A stretch of 29,737 nucleotides of DNA from a virus. Taxonomy: Duplodnaviria > Caudoviricetes. The notes beneath the pieces are model-generated. The model had not been told where the DNA came from. It made no database searches and saw only the letters and a list, made by a program, of their open reading frames with translations. Made by a program: the position numbers and the translations under genes. The stretch covers positions 1 to 29,737 of IMG/VR virus record IMGVR_UViG_3300033412_000214. One strand, given 5' to 3'. Positions 8,789 to 15,617 of this stretch are shown here, piece by piece. Numbering within the stretch: position 1 is the first letter of the stretch; each line of letters begins with the position of its first letter.

Positions 8789-9043
8789 ATGGCCCACGCT
8801 CAGAATGAAACTGACCAGGAAGTTTGCCTGCTGGACCAGGCCCGCTGGGTGTTCGCTGGCCACCACGTGGATGATGTGATGGTCATTGCCGTCATGCTGT
8901 TGATTGAATGCGTGGTGCAGAAGACAGACTGCAAAGAGGCAGCACTGCGCGCACTGGACCTGACCTATTTGAAAATGGCTGACCGCATCGGAATGGATTA
9001 TGCCGACATCAAACCGGCGCTAACAGGTGTGGTTGTGACATGA
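8789..9043 (+). CDS. Hypothetical protein
   Basis: Starts directly after the previous stop; in operon. Confidence 0.65.
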   Translation: MAHAQNETDQEVCLLDQARWVFAGHHVDDVMVIAVMLLIECVVQKTDCKEAALRALDLTYLKMADRIGMDYADIKPALTGVVVT

Positions 9044-9201
9044 CTGACCAGGTGATTGCTGAAATTGCGCGACGGCTGGCCAGGTCTGCGGCGAACACAG
9101 CCTATGAACGCAGCATGGAAACCAAAAAAGAATACACCGCCACACTGATGGAGTTGTGCGCGGCAGTGAAGGCGGAGCAACACGAAAAGGAAGCACAGTG
9201 A
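9040..9201 (+). CDS. Small hypothetical protein (53 aa, not in ORF track)
   Basis: MTDQVIAEIARRLARSAANTAYERSMETKKEYTATLMELCAAVKAEQHEKEAQ; overlaps the stop/start of both neighbours. Confidence 0.65.
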   Translation: MTDQVIAEIARRLARSAANTAYERSMETKKEYTATLMELCAAVKAEQHEKEAQ

Positions 9202-9617
9202 CTGCGTTGCTTTCCGTCTATACCGACAAAGGCAAATGCGTTGGCGTTTGCAACGCCAATTGCTACAACGCGAAGCCGCCCAGCGAATTGCATCCGCACA
9301 CGCGCGGCAAAGCATTTTGCAAATGCATCTGTGCTGGCCGCAATCACGCGGCGGGCCTGAACCGCGCGCTGAACAACACGCTGGCCGGTATTGGTCTGAA
9401 GTGCGAATACGTCCAGGAATTTGCCAAGGCGCATGACCTGGACCCGTCCAGGCTGATGGTCATTGACCGCGCGCGGGTGAAATCGCGCAAGGCGCGCAAG
9501 GCGGCTTTGGCCAGACTGTGCCCGCAGCCGCCTGGTCCGTTGTTTGAATTAGCCGGTGACCGGAGGGAACCGACTGAAGGCCAACCGGCTGAGGGTGCGC
9601 GGCAGCGGCGGGAATAG
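9198..9617 (+). CDS. Cys-rich metal-binding hypothetical protein
   Basis: AAGGA RBS and GTG start; CVGVCNANCYNA...CKCICAGRNH. Confidence 0.7.
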   Translation: MTALLSVYTDKGKCVGVCNANCYNAKPPSELHPHTRGKAFCKCICAGRNHAAGLNRALNNTLAGIGLKCEYVQEFAKAHDLDPSRLMVIDRARVKSRKARKAALARLCPQPPGPLFELAGDRREPTEGQPAEGARQRRE

Positions 9618-9881
9618 TCCCTGCTTGGTTTTGAGGTATGACCAAGACCGCTGCCGCCACTTTCAAACCTAAGCGCCGCAACAGGCTGCATACGCAGGAA
9701 CCTGGACACGCTCGCTGGCTGTGGTGACTGAGAGCGGATAACCACAGCAGACCCTTGCTGGTGGCACGGAGAACCAGCCCGCTGATGGGTTGCCGGAACG
9801 TACCCACCCCGCGCTGGTCAGGGTGATGACTAGTCGGCTTTGCTGGTTGTGCCGACAATACAACCAGCGCTGAAAACCCCG

Positions 9882-9897
9882 TTAACTGGTCATTAAC
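9882..9897 (+). promoter_or_regulatory. CtrA-type binding site (TTAA-N7-TTAAC)
   Basis: TTAA-CTGGTCA-TTAAC, just upstream of a candidate TTGCTG-N18-TATTAT promoter (9905-9934) before the integrase. Confidence 0.55.
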
Positions 9898-9932
9898 CGG
9901 GGGATTGCTGTTGACCATTGGTCCATGGTATT

Positions 9933-10193
9933 ATGAGCAAGAGCGAACACAAACGGTGCGGGCTAATTCGGAAAGTCAGCCCAGCTAACCCGCGCAGTTT
10001 GGAGCATCCAAGTCACGGGGATGCTTTGGGGGAATTGGCAGAGGCCCTTGGCCGCGCACTTGCGGACAAGCTTGCAAAAGAAATGACCAATGATGAAACG
10101 CGCAGCACTGTACGCCCGATTTTCCAGCGACCTGCAAAAAGATCGGTCCATAGACGATCAACTGCACGCATGCCAAAGCGTGGCGAAACGTGA
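9933..10193 (+). CDS. Small hypothetical protein overlapping the integrase 5' end
   Basis: Amphipathic helix DALGELAEALGRALADKLAKE; about 100-nt overlap with int makes it uncertain. Confidence 0.4.
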   Translation: MSKSEHKRCGLIRKVSPANPRSLEHPSHGDALGELAEALGRALADKLAKEMTNDETRSTVRPIFQRPAKRSVHRRSTARMPKRGET

Positions 10194-11787
10194 AAATCTA
10201 AAAGTTGTTGCCAGCTTTGTTGACCGCGCCAAATCTGGCGCAAGCATGTTTGAACGCGACGGCCTGCGCGAATTGATGAACGCAGCCAAGGCAAAGCAAT
10301 TTGATGTGGTTGTTGTTGAAGCGCTTGACCGGCTGTCACGCGACCAGGAAGACATGGCCGGAATTTTTAAACGCCTGACTTTTTGGGACATTGACATTCT
10401 AACCCTGAACGAAGGGCTGGCCACTGAAATTCATGTTGGTGTGCGCAGCATTGTCAGTTCTTTATTTCTCAAAGACCTGGGCAACAAAGTCAGGCGCGGC
10501 ATTGACGGTGTTGCGCGCGATGGAAAAATTCCTGGTTCGCTCGCCTTTGGCTATCGTCTGGTTGCCGGGAAACCTGGTGAACGCGAAATAGACCCTGACC
10601 AGGCAAACACTGTGCGCAGAATTTTCAAAGAGTTTGCAGCGGGGGTGTCACCGCGCGCCATAGCTGCTGACCTGACGCGCGACAAAATCGCATCACCAAA
10701 CGGCACCAGCGTTTGGAACATGCAAACAATCGTCAACAAAGCGAATGGCATCAAACGCGGCATCATCGGCAACCAGCTTTATATTGGCCAGCTTGTCTGG
10801 AACACGCAGCGCGTCAGCAAAGACCCTGAAACCGGCAAGCACATTGCCAAACGTGGCCCTGAAGCCAATGTTATCAGGACGGCGGTGCCGCACCTGCGCA
10901 TCATTGACCAGCCGCTATGGGATGCTGCCCAGAAAATTCGTGACCAGCGTTCCGCGCCCACCAAGGCGCATGAACGGAAGGTGGTTGCACGCACGCAGAC
11001 GATGTTGACCGGGCTGTTGCGATGCGAAAGCTGCGGCGGGTTAATGCATCTTAGTGGACGCGATGATGCCGGGCCGCGTGTGAAATGTTCAGCGGCTGCC
11101 GCAAACAACACTTGCCAGAACACGCGCAGTTTTAATTTAGCCCAACTAGAGCAAACCGTCATTTCAGGCCTGCATGCCATGCTGGCAGACCCCGAAAGGC
11201 TTGCCAGGTTTGAAAAAGGCTTCATGTCCCAAATTGAAAAACGGAAGCCGGATGACAGCGAGTTGCGCGAAACCGAAAAGAGGCTAACCCATGTCAGCGC
11301 GCAGATTGACCGTGTGGTGAATGCGATTGCCACGATGGACACGCCAGTGAAACAACTGACCGACAAGCTGGACCAGCTTGAAGCTGACCGCGCAGGCCTG
11401 GCTGAACGGGTGCGCTTGCTACATGCGGAAAGCGCGGTGATTAAGCTGCACCCCACTGCTGTGAAAGCCTATCGGCAAAAGCTTGTCCAATTGCTGCGGT
11501 CCATGACCGGCACCGTTGCCACGCCAGAAGCTTCCGCAGCCTTCCGCATGCTGTTTGACAGCATCGTGGTCCACCGCACACCCAAACGCATGCCGTATGA
11601 AGTCACGCCCTATGCTCGCGTTGGTGGCGCGCTGGATGCCAACCTGTCACCACCAAAGCGAACATCAGCGCAGATGCTTGAAGAAGCTGGCGTTTCATAT
11701 TGCGATAACGCCAACAAGGCGAAGCCGTTGTTGGCGGTACAGCAATATAAGGTGGTGTGCCTGGGGCGGTGGCGGCAAGCCGCATAA
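10090..11787 (+). CDS. int: Large serine recombinase (phage integrase)
   Basis: ALYARFSSDLQ catalytic Ser motif, D.AKSGA...R.GL, EALDRLSR; recombinase domain AFGY..R.IF..F..G.S..IA..L, N.LYIG; Zn ribbon LTGLLRCESCGG.M..C..C; coiled coil. Confidence 0.95.
   Translation: MMKRAALYARFSSDLQKDRSIDDQLHACQSVAKRENLKVVASFVDRAKSGASMFERDGLRELMNAAKAKQFDVVVVEALDRLSRDQEDMAGIFKRLTFWDIDILTLNEGLATEIHVGVRSIVSSLFLKDLGNKVRRGIDGVARDGKIPGSLAFGYRLVAGKPGEREIDPDQANTVRRIFKEFAAGVSPRAIAADLTRDKIASPNGTSVWNMQTIVNKANGIKRGIIGNQLYIGQLVWNTQRVSKDPETGKHIAKRGPEANVIRTAVPHLRIIDQPLWDAAQKIRDQRSAPTKAHERKVVARTQTMLTGLLRCESCGGLMHLSGRDDAGPRVKCSAAAANNTCQNTRSFNLAQLEQTVISGLHAMLADPERLARFEKGFMSQIEKRKPDDSELRETEKRLTHVSAQIDRVVNAIATMDTPVKQLTDKLDQLEADRAGLAERVRLLHAESAVIKLHPTAVKAYRQKLVQLLRSMTGTVATPEASAAFRMLFDSIVVHRTPKRMPYEVTPYARVGGALDANLSPPKRTSAQMLEEAGVSYCDNANKAKPLLAVQQYKVVCLGRWRQAA
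11697..11748. other. Candidate attP (52-bp imperfect palindrome, central AA) inside int
   Basis: ATATTGC(11697-703)/GCAATAT(11742-748) and CGCCAACAA(11709-717)/TTGTTGGCG(11728-736) share one dyad axis at 11722/11723. Confidence 0.65.
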
Positions 11788-11857
11788 AACCGGGGGTTTC
11801 CTTTTCTGACCATCGGTCTTAGTCTGCACCACCTTACTTTCATCAATGGGGGGTGGA

Positions 11858-12220
11858 ATGAAACGGGGAATTACGATGGCGCTGGCCGTCTTGCTCGCCG
11901 GATGCGCGGCACAACCAAAGCCGGTGTTCATCCGGCTTGACGGTCAATCAATTGCGGGCAATCCGGTGCTCGCACAACAGTTTGAAATCGATAAAACGAT
12001 TTGTGAGGGTGACACGCAAAAAGCAAACATGGCTGGCGTCAATCTTTGCCGGGGCACCGTGGATTGCCTTTATGCTGGCATTGAACGCAACAACCAAATG
12101 CTTTCCGTTGCAAAAGGCTGCATGGCACAACACGGCTATATGCTAGTTGCGGAGGAAGAGGCGGAAGCCAAAAAAGCGGAGTTGCGCGGCTTAGCAAAAC
12201 AACAGCAGGTAAAGCGATAA
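11858..12220 (+). CDS. Lipoprotein
   Basis: MKRGITMALAVLLAG-C lipobox; later C..D, C...C and CMAQHGY motifs. Confidence 0.8.
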   Translation: MKRGITMALAVLLAGCAAQPKPVFIRLDGQSIAGNPVLAQQFEIDKTICEGDTQKANMAGVNLCRGTVDCLYAGIERNNQMLSVAKGCMAQHGYMLVAEEEAEAKKAELRGLAKQQQVKR

Positions 12221-12228
12221 CACCACCA

Positions 12229-12444
12229 ATGCTGTCACCTATGAAGCCGGACGAATTCAAAGCGCTGCTGAAGCGCCTTGGCCTGTCTTTGGAGGATGCC
12301 GCCGAATTGCTAGGGGTCACCACCAGGTCAGTCCGTCGCTGGCTGGACGGCACCCGCAAGGTGCCCTGGCCGGTGGTCCGGTTTCTGGATTACCTGGTGG
12401 CCACTAAAGTCACAGGCAAAGCGGCAATCAGCAAATTGGATTGA
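12229..12444 (+). CDS. XRE/Cro-type HTH protein
   Basis: M.PDEFKALLKRLGLSLEDAAELLGVTTRSVRRWLDG.RKVP.PV. Confidence 0.85.
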   Translation: MLSPMKPDEFKALLKRLGLSLEDAAELLGVTTRSVRRWLDGTRKVPWPVVRFLDYLVATKVTGKAAISKLD

Positions 12445-12458
12445 GAAACGGAGCGATC

Positions 12459-12695
12459 ATGGCGGCTGGTCCAGGCAGGTATGACGATTTATGCACCCAG
12501 GTCCGCGAAAAAGCTGACGCAACACTGGTGGCCATTATTGTTGTGGGTGGCAATCGTGGACATGGTTTTTCGTGCCAGACCAATGACCCTGCTGCGGCAG
12601 CCGCGCTTCCAGACTTTCTTGAACAAATGGCCAGCGACATCCGCGCCGACCTGAAGGCCGCAGCTATCGGTTCAGCCTTTCCACCTTGCGCATAA
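12459..12695 (+). CDS. Hypothetical protein
   Basis: GGAG RBS; GPGRYDDLCT.VRE...A....IIV.GGNRG.GFS.Q. Confidence 0.7.
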   Translation: MAAGPGRYDDLCTQVREKADATLVAIIVVGGNRGHGFSCQTNDPAAAAALPDFLEQMASDIRADLKAAAIGSAFPPCA

Positions 12696-12921
12696 TGGCG
12701 CTGGGTGTGGTGCCCAACGCAGCAGCCAGCTTGGTTATGGTGGCTAGCGTTGGCGATTTTAAGCCGCGCTCAATCTGGCTGATGTAGGTGGCATGAACCG
12801 CTGCCCGGTCTGCCAATTCCTCTTGTGTCAGCCCGACCTGCAGGCGCAGCGAAGCGATAACCCGCCCGAAAGTCCGTTTATGGTTGGTCCGTTTATGGTT
12901 CACGCGACGTTTATTGGGCAT
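12664..12921 (-). CDS. XRE-family regulator, controller (C) protein-like
   Basis: FGRVI..LR...GLTQEELA.RA.VH.TYISQIERG.KSPTL.TI.KLA.ALG; counter-oriented in the early operon. Confidence 0.88.
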   Translation of the reverse strand: MPNKRRVNHKRTNHKRTFGRVIASLRLQVGLTQEELADRAAVHATYISQIERGLKSPTLATITKLAAALGTTPSAIMRKVERLNR

Positions 12922-13227
12922 CGCAACACCAAAGACCACAGACTAGAAATCTTGATACTTTAGGCCCCTGCCACCACCCCCAGTTGACGCTGCTTACACG
13001 CATCGTTTATACAAAATGACATAGGCGTAAAAGCCGAATAAAATCGCTCGAACAATTCTCCGCGCCCAACTCTTGGTGGAGTGACTGTTGGTAGTAAGCC
13101 GATTTTTTTCAACGCATTCAAATGTGTGCACATCGCAGCCCTATCGGTACATCCGTAGGACCATTTTTTTTGTCGTGCGCAGGAACGTCCACATAAACGC
13201 AACGTTAAACGCGAAACGGGGGAGTGA

Positions 13228-13611
13228 ATGCCGAAACTATTTCCGATAGCGCTTGAAGTGGAAGAACTCGCCGTTGGCAAGGTGATGCGCCAACTGCACA
13301 ACATGCAAGGCGTTGCCAAGGTGGCTCTGGACCTGGGTGAGCCGACCAACAAAAAAACAAATGGCGTGGCTGAACCGCGCAAAAAGCATGCGATGAAAGC
13401 AACCGACTTCATCACCCAACTGATTTCTAAAAACGACATGCCCACTTCTGAACTGCGTGTGGCCTTTGAAGAAAATGGGCGCAGGCCAGGTTCAACATCG
13501 TCAGCCTTAAATGAACTTTACAAAAACGGTTTGATAAAAAAGGCCGCTGACAGCAAGTCATGGACACTGACTAAAAAGATGAAAGACCGCCTGCGCCATC
13601 GCTCTAAGTAG
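13228..13611 (+). CDS. Hypothetical basic protein with probable wHTH
   Basis: GGGGAG RBS; M.TSELR..F...GR..GSTSSALNEL.K.GLI......W.LT. Confidence 0.7.
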   Translation: MPKLFPIALEVEELAVGKVMRQLHNMQGVAKVALDLGEPTNKKTNGVAEPRKKHAMKATDFITQLISKNDMPTSELRVAFEENGRRPGSTSSALNELYKNGLIKKAADSKSWTLTKKMKDRLRHRSK

Positions 13612-13632
13612 TCAAACGCGGAGGGAAATGCC

Positions 13633-14022
13633 TTGGCACGTTTTCTGGTTTACCGCAGCTATCGGTTTATCGACAAAGACCCAATCATTGATGCAGTCAA
13701 AACTGTTGTTCAGGATGAACACCTAAACAACAACCGCGTTCATGAAATCAGCGGTGTGGCGTCAACAACCTTGACCAATTGGTTTGAAGGCGGAACGCGC
13801 CGCCCGCAAAATTCAACAGTGTCTGCAGTCACAGCGGCGCTGGGGTACGTGCGCCGTGATCGTCTGGACAAAAACGGAAGCCTCGTTGTTGGCTTTGCTA
13901 AAGCGCGTGACTTGGATTGGCATGACGAAATTGAAAAGCAGGCTGATTGGATGCTGAAGCAGGGCAAAAAGAAATCGCAACGCAAGCGTAAAGCAAAGCC
14001 TAATGGCAAAACGTCATCGTAG
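13633..14022 (+). CDS. HTH-containing protein with Lys/Arg-rich tail
   Basis: GGAGG RBS and TTG start; VHEISGVASTTLTNWFEGGTRRPQNSTVSAV..ALG. Confidence 0.75.
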   Translation: MARFLVYRSYRFIDKDPIIDAVKTVVQDEHLNNNRVHEISGVASTTLTNWFEGGTRRPQNSTVSAVTAALGYVRRDRLDKNGSLVVGFAKARDLDWHDEIEKQADWMLKQGKKKSQRKRKAKPNGKTSS

Positions 14023-14272
14023 AAGGTCCAGCCCGCTCATCAAAAAAATGCGCCTACTTCAAACATTGAGAAAAAGAGAAGAGAGAGGTTTGGAAGCGCC
14101 CAACGCCGCCTGGTTCAACAGTGGGCAGCATATGTTGCTGCGCGCGTTAATCAAGGGCCGCTATGTCGTTGACAGCGGCAATGGCGTGCGACTGACCGAT
14201 AAAGGCCGCGCGCTGGTCACTCCCAGCCCGGCACAAATCAAGTCAGAAAAGCCAGACGGGGATGTTGGCTGA
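14003..14272 (+). CDS. Basic hypothetical protein, wHTH-like
   Basis: L.ALI.GRYV.......RLTDKGRAL winged-helix-type ending. Confidence 0.55.
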   Translation: MAKRHRRRSSPLIKKMRLLQTLRKREERGLEAPNAAWFNSGQHMLLRALIKGRYVVDSGNGVRLTDKGRALVTPSPAQIKSEKPDGDVG

Positions 14273-14371
14273 TTGGGTCACATACAGCATAAGGCCAACG
14301 GCAGTGAATACGAAGACGGGCGGTGATAGCAGCAACAACCAGAATGCGCGGCGGCTTAGCATGTGGTTCAT
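14243..14371 (-). CDS. Small membrane peptide (42 aa, not in ORF track)
   Basis: MNHMLSRRAFWLLLLSPPVFVFTAVGLMLYVTQSANIPVWLF; ATGA-coupled to the upstream minus ORF. Confidence 0.45.
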   Translation of the reverse strand: MNHMLSRRAFWLLLLSPPVFVFTAVGLMLYVTQSANIPVWLF

Positions 14372-14478
14372 CCCCAATCGTAAAATTCCTTTTCGTCGCG
14401 CTTGCGCTTGCGGCGCAAAACCTTACGCGCTGGCATCGCTACGCATAGGGACAAAAACACTATCCCTGACAACGCCAT
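14368..14478 (-). CDS. Small membrane peptide with basic tail (36 aa, not in ORF track)
   Basis: MALSGIVFLSLCVAMPARKVLRRKRKRDEKEFYDWG; alternative GTG start at 14490. Confidence 0.4.
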   Translation of the reverse strand: MALSGIVFLSLCVAMPARKVLRRKRKRDEKEFYDWG

Positions 14479-14606
14479 CTGTCCAATCACACGCAACACC
14501 GCTGTCCCGTTTGGTTGCGCTATTAAGCGCACACCTCACGCCCACATCTGTGGTGACATGGTGGTGCCACTGCAAAATTTGGTGAACGGTTCCCATGCCC
14601 CGCACG

Positions 14607-14840
14607 ATGGCGAAAAGTGACCTGTTGACCATGTGGGTGGTTTACGATCACCCGAAAGATTTTCCAGATGAATTCATTGCGCGGCTTTGGATGGTTGGCA
14701 GCGGCCAGACCATCTGTTGTGGCAAAACCCTGACATCCAAATCACTGGACCAGTTGCGCGGCGAGTTGCGGGCGCGGGGGTTTACCGTCATTCCACGGAT
14801 GGACGGTGATGACCCAAAAATTGTGGAAGTGTGGCTATAG
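14607..14840 (+). CDS. Phage hypothetical protein
   Basis: W.VYDHPKDFPD.FIARLW ... SLDQLR ... PRM..DDPKIVEVWL. Confidence 0.8.
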   Translation: MAKSDLLTMWVVYDHPKDFPDEFIARLWMVGSGQTICCGKTLTSKSLDQLRGELRARGFTVIPRMDGDDPKIVEVWL

Positions 14841-14852
14841 GAGGAAGCGAGC

Positions 14853-15080
14853 ATGCACGGCACGATGAACACGCTAGACCGCAGCGGGCACACATCAATC
14901 AGTTGGGATGCTGACAACCCTGACGAAGTGCGCACTGCCCGCGCTGTGTTTGATGAAATGCGGGAAAAGGGCTACCGCGCCTTCACTGTTGGCCGTCGCG
15001 GCGAACGCGGCAGCCGCCTAGACAGCTTTGACCCGCGCGCTGAAGAAATCATGCTGGTGCCACAGCTACAGGGTGGCTGA
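14853..15080 (+). CDS. Small protein with C-terminal Gly-Gly, predicted beta-grasp (ubiquitin/MoaD/ThiS-like)
   Basis: AGGAGG RBS; apparent beta-beta-alpha-beta-beta-beta pattern; ends AEEIMLVPQLQGG*, resembling the MoaD/ThiS GDEVAxxPPVxGG end. CDS is clear; the fold is inferred. Confidence 0.7.
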   Translation: MHGTMNTLDRSGHTSISWDADNPDEVRTARAVFDEMREKGYRAFTVGRRGERGSRLDSFDPRAEEIMLVPQLQGG

Positions 15081-15081
15081 C

Positions 15082-15426
15082 ATGGACGGCAAGCCGCCGA
15101 AAAATAAACTGACAGATTTTATTCTGTCCAGTCGCTGGGGCACCGTTCTTTTAAATGGTGTCGTAGTGTCCATGTGTTCGGCTGCTGCGCTTATCACTTT
15201 CGCGGATGAAAAAGTTGTGCTTTTCGGTATCAACGTTTTCATGGTTGGCTTTTCCCTTCGTGGAATGCTTGTAGATATTTTAATACCAGGGCTGATGAAG
15301 CAGTTTGGCGAAATAGAACGCGCGGTTGTGTCTGCGCAGATTGAAAAACAAATCCGCGAAACAATAGCGGAGATTAAACGGCAGCACCCTGAAATTCGTG
15401 ACCTTGAAATTGGGCGCATCCAGTAA
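15082..15426 (+). CDS. Membrane protein (2 TM plus helical C-terminus)
   Basis: Hydrophobic WGTVLLNGVVVSMCSAAALITF and VVLFGINVFMVGFSL..MLVDILIP. Confidence 0.7.
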   Translation: MDGKPPKNKLTDFILSSRWGTVLLNGVVVSMCSAAALITFADEKVVLFGINVFMVGFSLRGMLVDILIPGLMKQFGEIERAVVSAQIEKQIRETIAEIKRQHPEIRDLEIGRIQ

Positions 15427-15440
15427 CGGAGGAAGGCAAA

Positions 15441-15617
15441 ATGGGACGGCCACGGAAAAAACGGAAATACACTTTTCGCGAAGACAAAGAAAAGCTGACG
15501 GACGGCGCTGGCAACAGCCTGGTCACTATCCGCGCGGAGGAATTGCGGGAAGTCATCCTGTTGGCACGGACGGCAGCGCGCAGGATGGAAGACATACTAT
15601 TTGAAGCAACCGGCTGA
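15441..15617 (+). CDS. Small basic protein with AT-hook-like start (58 aa, not in ORF track)
   Basis: GGAGG RBS; MGRPRKKRKYTFREDKEKL...EDILFEATG; TGATG-coupled to the next gene. Confidence 0.7.
   Translation: MGRPRKKRKYTFREDKEKLTDGAGNSLVTIRAEELREVILLARTAARRMEDILFEATG

Noticed and set aside
9638-9727. 29-aa ORF MTKTAAATF...RWLW as a leader peptide
   Set aside because: GAGGT abuts the ATG with no spacing; no other support.
9700-9870. tRNA or tmRNA in the hairpin-rich region
   Set aside because: No TTCRA T-loop, cloverleaf spacing or CCA end; kept only as a generic structured-RNA candidate.
10779-11456. 225-aa minus-strand ORF
   Set aside because: Antisense shadow of the integrase; Ser-rich with no motifs.
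12229-12695. HTH plus small ORF as a type II toxin-antitoxin pair
   Set aside because: The second ORF shows no RelE, HicA, PIN or other toxin motif I can recognise.
13194-13208. Second CtrA site (TAAA-N7-TTAA)
   Set aside because: Mismatched half-site in AT-rich DNA; not distinguishable from chance.
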